A DNA stretch of 46,285 bases. Origin: a virus (Duplodnaviria; Heunggongvirae; Uroviricota; Caudoviricetes). This document shows positions 1-10,298 of this stretch, piece by piece. Position numbers and translations under genes: made by a program. Below the pieces are notes generated by a model that did not search any database, was not told the origin of the DNA, and worked only from the letters and a program-made list of their open reading frames with translations. The stretch lies in the IMG/VR virus record IMGVR_UViG_3300025131_000004; one strand, written 5' to 3'. Numbering within the stretch: position 1 is the stretch's first letter; every line of letters begins with the position of its first letter.

Positions 1-1
1 T

Positions 2-2077
2 CGATTTATCAGACATGGTGGATTTGTACCTGCCGACGGAGTCGGAATAGCATACGTTTCACTTCCTCAAATCAGTAAGGATAATATATACTTACGAGAT
101 CTTTCTACAGACTATATCGAGAATTCTGACAGAATGTTCAAGAGACGAAGGATAGAGAACAATGTCTTTTCTACACTCTTTCATACATTTCTTATCACAG
201 ACCTCTTCGTCGCTCCTGACGGAGAGGCTGTGGTGCCTCTCTTTTACAAGCATGATCTTTCGGCAGAGACCACGGTTACAGAGGTCAGGGTCTTTGATAG
301 GAATCAAAAAGAGATAGATGACTCAATCTATACCTGGGTCGCTGCCACAAAGACTCTATATCACAACCTTCCATTCAGTTTTGATGAGGAGACAGGAGAT
401 CATTCTGTGTACTTCATCTCCTATCTCGATGCCAACCTAGAAAGAAAGACGTCCCTTCTTCAGACTGACCGTGCTTATAAAGAGCACCTCGCTGCAGACG
501 GTGCAATAGATCCTACAAAAAGAACATATTCTGTAGGAGACGCCGGTGGCGCCTTTACAATTACCATCAATTACAATGCGCCTGCGCAGGTCTATTACTT
601 TCAGGCGATCAAGGGAGGTCAGATCAGGCCTCTTCTTCCAGCAAGAACAGATGCAGATGACTCATGGTTTATGAGGTTCACCAATGGAGAGATCTACGTG
701 ACGACAGACGGCTCTCCTCGTAGATTCCATGTTCCAGAATATGTTGATCAGCCCTTTCTTCCTGTTCAGCCTTACAAGTACGCAGCGTTTGATGACGCTG
801 ATATAGTCAGTCGAAGAATTGTCAGAACAAAGAGATGGCCTTTGGAAATAGATACAACCGCCAACAGGTTTGTTGACATTCTCGTGACAGATGAACTTGA
901 TCAACCTCTGCGTGGTTATACAAACAATCCAGCTCGAACATTCTGGTCTGATATCAGTGGCAAGTTCACAGCGACTCGCCTGACCCAGATCTCGACGACA
1001 AACGTATCGTTTAACAACAGGGACGGCTTTATATATCTGGACACTGATCTTGAGTCAGGAAACAAGGTGGTGGTAAGTCATTACCATGAAGAAGAGGATC
1101 TTGAATATATCTGGTACAACCTGAATCCAATCTATAACAGAAGCGTTCTTGGCAAGAGGATCATTTTTTATGCAAGACCAAATGTTGCAAACGGCTCTGG
1201 CAATAGAGCCATTTTTCATATTGAATTTGATGAACTGAGCATGGCGGTGACAGCCTTCACAGACGAAGCTCTGTCTCTTGTTCCTGGATCTGTTTTGTTG
1301 GCAGACATTGATCCACAGTTTGATACCTATAAAGAGTGGAGACAGAACGACCCTCAGGTTCTTTGGCTTGCCTCTGTCGCGGTAAGAAAGAGAGCTGGTG
1401 CTCAGGATGTATTTACTATCGATACGAGAGTGAAAGGTGGGGGACTGAAAGAGGATGTCGACCCAACCTCTTACTACGATGCCTATCCAGACATTGCATC
1501 TTTTTCAGAAGTTGCAAACTGGGACGGCCGTCCATTCCCAGGCAGAGGGACCGCCTATATTGAACTGCCCTGTACGCTTATCACTGGCAAAGGTACGCTG
1601 GGGACGGAGGACGACATCGTTTTGACAAGAGAGGACGTAGGAGAGATTGCCAAGAGACACATGGCACATGGCCATTACCCCATCATTCGTTACTATGGAG
1701 ATAAGCCGACAATCACTGGCGCCACCTCTGTCTCTACTACGAACACCACGGTGACTCTCACTTGGTCATCTGTACCAGGGGCGACTGGGTATCGTGTCTA
1801 CCATGGAGATATGCTTCAAACAACATTCTTGGAGGTCGCTGCGACTACAACACAACTGACTGCAGCCCCGACGTTGACTTACAATGTGTTCAATACGCGC
1901 CCTGCATACTTTTATGTGGTTCCACTGTTCGATGGGAACGAGGGCTGTAGAAGTGATATCATTCACATACAACCAGGAGATGTGGACCCGAGCACCTTTG
2001 TCTCTGTCGCATTTGATGCAGTCTTGTTCTCCGGCTCTCTCACACTCTCTGTTACTATGGATGCGGTGCTTACATAA
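2..2077 (+). CDS. Virion structural protein (5'-truncated) with a C-terminal fibronectin type III-like domain
   Basis: The frame of ORF 134..2077 is open back to position 2 (RFIRHGGFVPADG...), so the gene starts before the window. The C-terminal segment TVTLTWSSVPGATGYRVYH...YFYVVP is an FN3 signature. It heads a translationally coupled run of large beta-rich genes. Confidence 0.65.
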   Translation, partial: RFIRHGGFVPADGVGIAYVSLPQISKDNIYLRDLSTDYIENSDRMFKRRRIENNVFSTLFHTFLITDLFVAPDGEAVVPLFYKHDLSAETTVTEVRVFDRNQKEIDDSIYTWVAATKTLYHNLPFSFDEETGDHSVYFISYLDANLERKTSLLQTDRAYKEHLAADGAIDPTKRTYSVGDAGGAFTITINYNAPAQVYYFQAIKGGQIRPLLPARTDADDSWFMRFTNGEIYVTTDGSPRRFHVPEYVDQPFLPVQPYKYAAFDDADIVSRRIVRTKRWPLEIDTTANRFVDILVTDELDQPLRGYTNNPARTFWSDISGKFTATRLTQISTTNVSFNNRDGFIYLDTDLESGNKVVVSHYHEEEDLEYIWYNLNPIYNRSVLGKRIIFYARPNVANGSGNRAIFHIEFDELSMAVTAFTDEALSLVPGSVLLADIDPQFDTYKEWRQNDPQVLWLASVAVRKRAGAQDVFTIDTRVKGGGLKEDVDPTSYYDAYPDIASFSEVANWDGRPFPGRGTAYIELPCTLITGKGTLGTEDDIVLTREDVGEIAKRHMAHGHYPIIRYYGDKPTITGATSVSTTNTTVTLTWSSVPGATGYRVYHGDMLQTTFLEVAATTTQLTAAPTLTYNVFNTRPAYFYVVPLFDGNEGCRSDIIHIQPGDVDPSTFVSVAFDAVLFSGSLTLSVTMDAVLT

Positions 2078-2592
2078 TGGCAATTGATATTACACAAAGT
2101 TTGACGAAGGGAGTGAACTGGGAATGGAGAGAGACAGATGTCCCTCTTGTAGAGGTTGATTATGGGGCCTTGGCGCCCTCGTCTGTTACAACAAAGACGT
2201 TTACCCTAAGACATGATTTTGATGGAAGCGTGGTAATTACTGGATTCTATTTGGCGCCTATCGAAAGCATGGATGACTATGAGCCATTTCAAGAAAGGTG
2301 GGAAGGACAGACACCCTTAGGTGATATCGACAAGGTACTATACTGGGGCAATCAATTTGAGACAGGCCTGTATATTGTGCAGGGGGCTGTCGCCACGCGC
2401 TTTACAGGAACGGCAGGCTCCTCTTGGAATACAAGGATTCCTTGTACTCTGGGAGTTGATAGCTTGGGCAAGGTTGATCAGGCTACAGAGATTACGATAG
2501 GTCTTCGGGTGGCTCCTCCCTCCTCTGCAGAGCTGAAGACGACACAGTTTCTCAATTTCAATGTCAAGATAGCATATAGGAAGATCGTTTAA
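2077..2592 (+). CDS. Hypothetical virion protein (171 aa, beta-rich)
   Basis: TAATG overlaps with both neighbours; lies in the structural operon. Confidence 0.6.
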   Translation: MAIDITQSLTKGVNWEWRETDVPLVEVDYGALAPSSVTTKTFTLRHDFDGSVVITGFYLAPIESMDDYEPFQERWEGQTPLGDIDKVLYWGNQFETGLYIVQGAVATRFTGTAGSSWNTRIPCTLGVDSLGKVDQATEITIGLRVAPPSSAELKTTQFLNFNVKIAYRKIV

Positions 2593-5084
2593 TGAGATTA
2601 CTAGAGCAATTCCTGTCCACCGTTCCGCGAAACCAGGCAAAGACGACGGCCAAGTTGATGGGAGACAGAAACGCCTTGGGTGAGTTCGCCGATGTTGAGG
2701 AGTACAAGAGCGCTCTTCGTCAGGTCATGGACGAGATTCAAGGAGGAGACCCGTCTCCTTTCTACAAGAGACAGGCCGCAATATCCTCCAGAAGAGTAAG
2801 TTCTGTACTTCAGAACGACATGTTGACCCGTGCGAATGCAGATCTCGAGGTGTTGTTCGGTGAGTTTGATAACCTTATTGATGTGGTCGAAGGTCATGAG
2901 CAAGTCTTTCAGGGCCAAGCCCTACATGATCTTAAGTACATCATCAACAAACTTGACGAACAAGTCGCTCTGTTTGAGTTTCTCTCTGCCAACACGTTAG
3001 GCATCAGCAGTGCTCAATGGAACACCTTTTCTGACGGAGCAAGAAGACATAATAGAGTTGGGCATTCAGGTGCGGACTTCTACTCGGACTCACGTACCGG
3101 CAGTGCGATTCCAGATGAGCTTGTTCACGACCCCATCTCACGAGCTATGCAGCTTCCTTCAACGCTGTCTTCTGTCGAACAGTTTGTCGGAGTGACATTG
3201 AAGGATGGCATTGTAGATTCTTGGGGACAGTCTGTCTCAAAGATCTCTGCAGAGAGTGTCATCGCTCAGCAGATCACAGACAACCTGTGGGTATATTCAA
3301 CAGCACAAAATCCAATCTCAAGGGACGTAGACTGTCTTGCTGAGTTTACGCTGGACGGAGTCCAAGTCAGATGGTTGATAGAGTTGACGAATACGTTACC
3401 AGCAGCTCGCGGCGAATATCTCATCACCTACGATCAAGCAAGAGTCGACACTCTTCTCCTGAACGGCATCTCTGCTGATATCGGAGACATCTTCTTCTGG
3501 GTGGAGGGCGTCATCCCCTGTGTCACCTTTGATGCAATCATCATTGAGGGAGCCAACGTGGCGGGCAGCGGTTGGTGTTCAACAACTTTCGATGCACTAC
3601 TTGAGCCCAAGCCCCTCGGAGCCAACGACTTTGCTCTCGCCCTGACCTTTGACGCCATCCTGGTAAACGGCCCCACAGTCACATTCGATGCATGTCTTAT
3701 CTCTCCCTGTAGTCTTGATCTTGGGAATCTGAACTATGGATATACGTCTGACATACAGCACTCTCACAAAGAGCACCTTGCTGGTGATGATGTACACTCA
3801 GACATCAACAACATCCTGGATGCGACACAGGATACATATTGGTTTGATATCATCATGAGAGACCAGCCCATTGACGAGGGGGTCATCTCTTTCTTGGAGT
3901 TGGATCTTGGCGGCGCCACAGACATCAATTATATTGACATCGACCCAGTCACAGCTTATCCATTGACGGTAGATCAAATCTCCTACATCACACCAGAGGG
4001 GAACAGGATCGTAGTGGAAGAGACGGCTGTAGAGATCAGTCAGCCAGTCCGGTTCTCATTTCCAAAGGTTACCGCCACAGGAGTTGTTTTAAGATTGGTT
4101 CAAAAGAACTATGAGATTCACACATACGACTTGCAGGCCACGCAGAACCTACATGAAATCGTTTCAAACCTAGATAGCAGGAGGGACTTTGATCTTCTTA
4201 CACCTGCAATAAAGTCTGTCCTGAACAACACACGACTGCAGCAGCTGTTGAATCTTGCGCCGAAGACAAACATCAACTTCCGTACGGTATATGAATACGT
4301 CTATGGCCTTGACAACGTATCCGCTGGACTGCTTCTTCAGAAGGATCTTGGTGTATATGTAAGCAAGTCACAGGAGATAGAGGGACTTGGGTTGATAGCC
4401 TTTGAGGGGAATACCTCACAGGACCCTGATGGCAGAATGAGTTGGGAGTTTGATCTGACAAAGAAGGACTATGATGCTGATGGCACCTTGCTTACAAGCG
4501 TACGCTTCCCTGTCCCAATCTTTAATCAGGCAAGCATTACAAACGAAACTCTTGTTCTTAATGCGAATGACACGGGAAAAACAAGATTCAGAGCTCATGG
4601 ACAGGCTGTCTTGGTAGACGACGGGCTAGGCGCTGCAGACCCAGTCGCCACAAGAGCGGCGTTCTGCTCTCTCAGGGTGTATCAAAACGGAGACCTTCTT
4701 CCTGCTGCAAGGTGGATCATTCTCAACAACGCAGGGACCCTTGCAGAAGACGCGAACACCACTACGGAGATCGCTGTGTCGATCGATCCAAACAGCCAGG
4801 TAGAGGCGACGGCAGTGTATACTGTGAGTTATACTCCTCTCCATGTGCTGAAGGGAGATCAAAGAGATCTTTACCTTGATAGACACGAGACCCTTAGGGC
4901 AAAAGGAAGTGGAGCCGTCGAAGTGAACCTTGAAAGAGGAGGGCTGCAAGTAAAAAGTTCTAAGCTTTGGCTGACAGCTGTAATGAGAAACAACCACCCA
5001 ACACGCAATGATATCTTAGGTTACCTTGATGAATACAGGATTCTTCTGGGAGAAAAATCACAAAATAGGTTTGCAGAGTTATAA
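2592..5084 (+). CDS. Putative baseplate/tail structural protein, paralogue 1 (830 aa)
   Basis: Helical N-terminus, then a beta-sandwich region (NILDATQDTYW, INYIDIDP); shares motifs with the next two genes. Confidence 0.55.
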   Translation: MRLLEQFLSTVPRNQAKTTAKLMGDRNALGEFADVEEYKSALRQVMDEIQGGDPSPFYKRQAAISSRRVSSVLQNDMLTRANADLEVLFGEFDNLIDVVEGHEQVFQGQALHDLKYIINKLDEQVALFEFLSANTLGISSAQWNTFSDGARRHNRVGHSGADFYSDSRTGSAIPDELVHDPISRAMQLPSTLSSVEQFVGVTLKDGIVDSWGQSVSKISAESVIAQQITDNLWVYSTAQNPISRDVDCLAEFTLDGVQVRWLIELTNTLPAARGEYLITYDQARVDTLLLNGISADIGDIFFWVEGVIPCVTFDAIIIEGANVAGSGWCSTTFDALLEPKPLGANDFALALTFDAILVNGPTVTFDACLISPCSLDLGNLNYGYTSDIQHSHKEHLAGDDVHSDINNILDATQDTYWFDIIMRDQPIDEGVISFLELDLGGATDINYIDIDPVTAYPLTVDQISYITPEGNRIVVEETAVEISQPVRFSFPKVTATGVVLRLVQKNYEIHTYDLQATQNLHEIVSNLDSRRDFDLLTPAIKSVLNNTRLQQLLNLAPKTNINFRTVYEYVYGLDNVSAGLLLQKDLGVYVSKSQEIEGLGLIAFEGNTSQDPDGRMSWEFDLTKKDYDADGTLLTSVRFPVPIFNQASITNETLVLNANDTGKTRFRAHGQAVLVDDGLGAADPVATRAAFCSLRVYQNGDLLPAARWIILNNAGTLAEDANTTTEIAVSIDPNSQVEATAVYTVSYTPLHVLKGDQRDLYLDRHETLRAKGSGAVEVNLERGGLQVKSSKLWLTAVMRNNHPTRNDILGYLDEYRILLGEKSQNRFAEL

Positions 5085-8017
5085 TGAGCAAGAATAAACT
5101 AAAGACAGAGCCTATCGGAGGATTGCTTCATAATAGATTGGCATTGGTTCTGAGTGATCTGAATGAGAAGTTCTCTGCTGGCGATCTTTCTGCCATGGAA
5201 GATGTTCAAGAGGAATTTGTCATGGCCATGAACAGGTTTGTAGATGAACCTTACTCACCCTTCTTTCAAGCTACGCCTGTCCGCCCTGGTGACTATCCAC
5301 AAGGTGTGGTGGAGAATACAGAGAAGAAAGACCTTGGCGATGACATTGTCTTGCTTACAAAAGAGCTCAAGCAGCTGCAAGACATCTTGATGAACAACTT
5401 CAACATCGTCTCCCGTCAGGAGTCTCAGGTTCTTGAAGGGATTCGAAGAGTTCGGTCTGGCCTTGGAGACCTGAAGCTTTATGGAACAGGAACGATAACC
5501 AAGAACACTTACTTTGGTGACAGCTTTGGTACCTTGGACAGGATTGATCTAAGGTCTGAGTTGTTGACTGAGAAGGAGGTCGCCATCCAGCCTGAGGAGG
5601 GTATCGTAACTCTTGGGTATGAGGTTGGAGAGATACAAAGAGCAAGGGTCTCTCATCTGTCCCTGAATGCTGCATCAAACGGCCGTTTGGGAGACAGGAA
5701 AGTAGCAAAGAACATCAAGAAGACAGATACGTCTGTGGCCTTTGACGGCAGCGCAGACACCTGGTTTGAGTATGAGCTATTGACCCTTGGAACTGAGGAC
5801 GTCCCTGAAGAACCTCTTGTCTTTGATGCAACCGTGGTATTGGCTAATGAGTTTGTCTGTAACAAGATTGTGATCAATCCTCATCACTTTGGAACAAAGA
5901 ATTGGATGAGACTGAGGACCTTGGAAACATCGTTGGATGGACTTAACTGGACGTCTATCATGGACGACATTCCCCGTGCGGAATGGACAGTCGACGAAGA
6001 CGGCACCTATACGTTTGCTCCAGAAGATTCCAAATATGCAGGACAGGCCTTCTTTACGTTCTTGCCACGAAAGATCAAGTTTCTTCGTGTTGTGATTGAA
6101 CAACAGAAGTGGTATACGGTTCAAGGGGTAGACTTGAATGGTCATTTTAGAGGCTATTCTAGGTATGCTATAGGCATAAGAGATATTGATATCTTGGGAA
6201 TCAAATACAGTCCAAAGTCTCAAATGATTTCTAAGAGAATAGATTTAGATAGAGATATCAAGAAGTTAGGAGTTCTTTCCAATCAAAACCCTTCGGTTCA
6301 TTCTCCTCTTATCGAGATCCAGCATGCCATCTCTATTGATGACGGCCTGTCTTGGCACACAGTGAACCCTCTTGATCGCAACAACATTGACAGAGACGAA
6401 GTCCTTACATTCAACTTGGGTCCAGACTCTATTCAGAATCTGGGAGAGGACAACTCCATCTCACCAATCAAGTCTTTTAGATATCGTGGTACCCTCATTC
6501 GAAACTCTGAAGCCTTCTCCCACCCGGCAGCAAGTCCTACAGCAATCAGGCTTAGAAAGTCTGAGCTTCTTCCCCTGCCACAAGGAGGCTCGACAAAGCT
6601 TGTTCTTGAAGAGAGGCCAGAGACGATTGTCAGTGTCGTACGACCCTTGGTCGGTACGGTGGGGACTTTCGGAAACCCCTATCTTCTAGGCATGACACAG
6701 GCTGTTACAGAGGACGGAAGAGATCAGATCTTTACAACACCGATCAGTCTTAATAGCAGATGGGATGGATCTAATATCGTAGGTGCCGAGAATGTCCGTG
6801 TAGGGAATGAGGTGTGGACCAAGGCACCAGGGAACTCGTGGCCAAACGCGACAGACAAGGTCTATCTAGTAAACTACACAAGAAATCAGATCCTTTTGGG
6901 TGACGGCTCTGCTAACAGTGGCCGTGCTCCAGATCCAGGCTTGCCAATCACAGTATACCTAGACCCAGAGCCTCTGACATTTACCTCTATAGACGGAGCG
7001 AAGGCGACACTTAATTTCGCCCATGATGGTGTAAAGAGCAATATGAGACTAAGGATAAGGAAAGAGATCGTAAGTGCGTTTACCCATATAATTCCTGCGA
7101 ATGCAATCACATTTGATCTACCAAAAGGAAGAGAGCTTACGTCAGCATCGATCAACGGAGGGTGGGCAGCGCCCGCTGGAGGAACAGCTCCCGACTACGG
7201 ATTCATTGATGGACAGATAGAGTTCATTGGTGGCGGAGGGGATGAGTTTACGGTAGACGTAGAAAACGGAACGCTTTACTTCTCAAGCCCGACACCGCAA
7301 ACAGATGCCGGAGAGTTGACACTGACTTACTCATACAAGCCCTATAGAGACTTGAAAGAAGAAGAGTTCATGCTTGACGGTCCTACTGGAATCAGACTTG
7401 TCTCTGTAATAGATCAATTTGAGGGAGCCACCCCTGTAGTTGCAGGAGAAAGAGCGATAGATTTATTCACAACGCTTGTGGCAGCGAATGAGATCGCAGC
7501 AGCAAGAGGCTCTATCTTGCCAGGATCATTAAGGGTTCCTGTTACAGCAGCAGGAATCCCTCCCAGAAATGGCGCAACAGATGTCTATCAAAGAGAGGTG
7601 GCCTTCATCGATGGGAGGGAAGAGTTTGAAAGAGATGAGGCAGCGGCAGGAACAGACGGTCTTTACTCCATTGATTACAAGAGGGGAATTCTTTACTCTG
7701 CAATTGATTCGGACGCATTCGCAGGGGGGCCCTTTGTGTTCTTCTGGACAGACTATACTTTGGAGTATGGTATCGGAGCAGAGATCAGACACACAGTTGT
7801 AGACAACCAGCTGAATTTGGATCAAGGTGATATAATTGAAGTGTTCAAGGATACGCTCTTGAACACCAGGGCAGAGAAGATGATTAGGGTTGAGTACGAT
7901 TATGTCGGTGACCAACTACAGACGCTACAAGATATAGAGCCGTTCTACTCACCTATTCTCAGAGATTATGCGATCATCGTAGTGCCAGTAGATGAAACGT
8001 TGGGAGATATAACTTAA
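5084..8017 (+). CDS. Putative baseplate/tail structural protein, paralogue 2 (977 aa)
   Basis: Discoidin-like motifs AFDGSADTWF and SLDGLNW; repeated [FY]xxDxxxGxLYx motifs typical of phage tail/baseplate proteins. Confidence 0.6.
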   Translation: MSKNKLKTEPIGGLLHNRLALVLSDLNEKFSAGDLSAMEDVQEEFVMAMNRFVDEPYSPFFQATPVRPGDYPQGVVENTEKKDLGDDIVLLTKELKQLQDILMNNFNIVSRQESQVLEGIRRVRSGLGDLKLYGTGTITKNTYFGDSFGTLDRIDLRSELLTEKEVAIQPEEGIVTLGYEVGEIQRARVSHLSLNAASNGRLGDRKVAKNIKKTDTSVAFDGSADTWFEYELLTLGTEDVPEEPLVFDATVVLANEFVCNKIVINPHHFGTKNWMRLRTLETSLDGLNWTSIMDDIPRAEWTVDEDGTYTFAPEDSKYAGQAFFTFLPRKIKFLRVVIEQQKWYTVQGVDLNGHFRGYSRYAIGIRDIDILGIKYSPKSQMISKRIDLDRDIKKLGVLSNQNPSVHSPLIEIQHAISIDDGLSWHTVNPLDRNNIDRDEVLTFNLGPDSIQNLGEDNSISPIKSFRYRGTLIRNSEAFSHPAASPTAIRLRKSELLPLPQGGSTKLVLEERPETIVSVVRPLVGTVGTFGNPYLLGMTQAVTEDGRDQIFTTPISLNSRWDGSNIVGAENVRVGNEVWTKAPGNSWPNATDKVYLVNYTRNQILLGDGSANSGRAPDPGLPITVYLDPEPLTFTSIDGAKATLNFAHDGVKSNMRLRIRKEIVSAFTHIIPANAITFDLPKGRELTSASINGGWAAPAGGTAPDYGFIDGQIEFIGGGGDEFTVDVENGTLYFSSPTPQTDAGELTLTYSYKPYRDLKEEEFMLDGPTGIRLVSVIDQFEGATPVVAGERAIDLFTTLVAANEIAAARGSILPGSLRVPVTAAGIPPRNGATDVYQREVAFIDGREEFERDEAAAGTDGLYSIDYKRGILYSAIDSDAFAGGPFVFFWTDYTLEYGIGAEIRHTVVDNQLNLDQGDIIEVFKDTLLNTRAEKMIRVEYDYVGDQLQTLQDIEPFYSPILRDYAIIVVPVDETLGDIT

Positions 8018-10290
8018 TGGGAATTGAGCAAGTCTATGGCGAGAAGCTCGCGCAAGAAGTTCTTTTGGACATCTTGAGAGATGGAAGGATTCCAAGCTTG
8101 GCCGAGCTAGAGGGCAAGGTGGATGAGATTGCAGACGGCCGCTCTTTGGCGAAGCCTCTCTTCGATCTGCCTACTGCAAAGCTGACAGAGAAAGAGGTGT
8201 CCAGCGCAGCCAAACAAAATACCACCGCCAACCAGATCAAGCGCGATCTTTGTGTTCTCTATGCGGCTGCACAACAGCTTGCTTTCTCTGGTGCAGACAT
8301 CTTCGATAGAACCACAGCGGAGATGCGACTCCTTCTGGCAAAGATTGCAGAGCTCGAGACTCGTTTGTCCTCTCTCCTTCTTATCAGGCATGAGACAGGT
8401 GGGTACTTCAATTACGTCTATGATAATTTTCAGAACATGCTGAAGGTTGATCAGGTCAGCACGACTGCTCTCATAGACCTTAGAGCGACAAGAGCTACTG
8501 CATTCCCTATTCGTGGCATAGAGGAAGACATTGGAGCAGTGCCTATCCCTGGTCTTGGAGAGGCCCTTACACCTTTCGCAAAGGTCATAGTCGGAGACGA
8601 GGCCTTGGTCGTTCGTTCGGGATTTCGAGGAGGCTTCATAAAGGCCTTCGACATGGTCACCAACAATGACACCCCCGCTATCTATCAGGTAGTTACATCT
8701 GAGCCTGTTCCAATCGGTATCACAATGGGAATCTGGTTCTTGTCCGTAGACGATGTAGAGAATTTTCTTTCTGAAAACAACCCAGACCTTTTAGAGGCTA
8801 CAAAGATTGTTCTTGATCCACACTTGACCAATGTTTCAGGACCGTTGGTCGTTTCGATTCGTTATATTGGAACAGACGGCAATCCTCACAACCTGCCCAC
8901 TCCTGATTTTGTGAAAGAGGTTAGCAGAAAAACCTCTTGGAACTTTGCAAGATCAAGCCTTGCTGGAATTCAGATCAATATGACAAAGGTTCGCCCAGAC
9001 GAAGAGTTGAATGGTCAGTACACCTATAACTTTGGAATCAATTATATTGAAATGTTTAATCAGAGCTTCAGGGACGTTCAAGACTTTGCTGAAACAGAAC
9101 TTGTCAGCTCTGCTCTCTCTGCCACAGACCGTAACGGGGCTGCGGTGGAGTTCAACAAGGTCGCACTTGATGCCTGTGAGGTGATACCTCCTAACACTCA
9201 GATCGATTACTTTGTGGACTTCGGAGTGGCGGGCACCTTCTCTGACACATGGTCTCCAATCTCTCCAGTCCAAAGAACGAATCCAAGTGAACCTCAAGTG
9301 GTCTTCATGGACAGAGTCACTACGGGGGCGGCAGTGGATAGTGTGGCTCTGCTGACAACAGACCCAAGAGGTCCTGGGACAGCACTCAACTTCAGATACT
9401 ATCAGTCTGATTTTAACAGAGCGCTTGGAACCACCTTCAGTTCTGTTGCAAACTCAGTAGACCTGCCCACAGAGTGGGAGATATGGAGAAATACATTTCG
9501 GATCACCGACAACCTTGCTCTCGAAGATACATCAATGCTGAACGTAGAGGCGGGCTGGAGGTTTGATGGTCTCCACTATAGCTGTGTCTTTTATGTGGCA
9601 GAGGAGGGAGGACGGACAATTGATTTTGGGCCAGCTGACATCTCTGTAGATGGAGTTCCCCGGTCTGGCATTGTGAGGTTCAACAAAGGAGTTCATAGGT
9701 TCAAGACCCACAGGAACAACTGGGCCACGCTGAATGGGCTGAACAACATCACGTCATTCGATCCTCTTACGAATATCTTTACAGGTGGAAGAACTGCATA
9801 TGATGCAGGTGCACCTTACTCAGGATTGGGTGGAGGGGACAATGCTACGGTGGACCCGGACACAGATGCCGCAGCAGGTCACACAGAACTGGATCCACTG
9901 TATCCGTATAACCACAAGCTGTTAGTCGAAGGGCTCGATTACAATGCAGGATTCGCTTTGGCTGATAGACTTTATGTAGGTGTTACACGGGTGGCTGCAG
10001 AGCTTATGATCCATGTAAGCAACCAGGATTTCATCAACAATGTGCTTGATGACGATTTGACCAGGTGGACCGACGTCACTATCATTGATGACACGGCGGC
10101 CGGAGCTCAAACAGAGCGCCCAGTAATGAAAATCCATCTAAATAATATCTTGAGAGAACGTTTCACAACTGTAAGAAAGTATAAGTCGGGAACATTGGCC
10201 ACAGAGATAAAACTAAGAGCAGTGTTTAAGACTCAGGACTCATCGATCACCCCTTGCCTCGATGCGTACATGCTTAAGCTTGCCCACTAA
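8017..10290 (+). CDS. Putative baseplate/tail structural protein, paralogue 3 (757 aa)
   Basis: Same architecture as the two upstream genes; ends in TPCLDAYMLK; TAATG coupling. Confidence 0.55.
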   Translation: MGIEQVYGEKLAQEVLLDILRDGRIPSLAELEGKVDEIADGRSLAKPLFDLPTAKLTEKEVSSAAKQNTTANQIKRDLCVLYAAAQQLAFSGADIFDRTTAEMRLLLAKIAELETRLSSLLLIRHETGGYFNYVYDNFQNMLKVDQVSTTALIDLRATRATAFPIRGIEEDIGAVPIPGLGEALTPFAKVIVGDEALVVRSGFRGGFIKAFDMVTNNDTPAIYQVVTSEPVPIGITMGIWFLSVDDVENFLSENNPDLLEATKIVLDPHLTNVSGPLVVSIRYIGTDGNPHNLPTPDFVKEVSRKTSWNFARSSLAGIQINMTKVRPDEELNGQYTYNFGINYIEMFNQSFRDVQDFAETELVSSALSATDRNGAAVEFNKVALDACEVIPPNTQIDYFVDFGVAGTFSDTWSPISPVQRTNPSEPQVVFMDRVTTGAAVDSVALLTTDPRGPGTALNFRYYQSDFNRALGTTFSSVANSVDLPTEWEIWRNTFRITDNLALEDTSMLNVEAGWRFDGLHYSCVFYVAEEGGRTIDFGPADISVDGVPRSGIVRFNKGVHRFKTHRNNWATLNGLNNITSFDPLTNIFTGGRTAYDAGAPYSGLGGGDNATVDPDTDAAAGHTELDPLYPYNHKLLVEGLDYNAGFALADRLYVGVTRVAAELMIHVSNQDFINNVLDDDLTRWTDVTIIDDTAAGAQTERPVMKIHLNNILRERFTTVRKYKSGTLATEIKLRAVFKTQDSSITPCLDAYMLKLAH

Positions 10291-10298
10291 GGAGTAAT

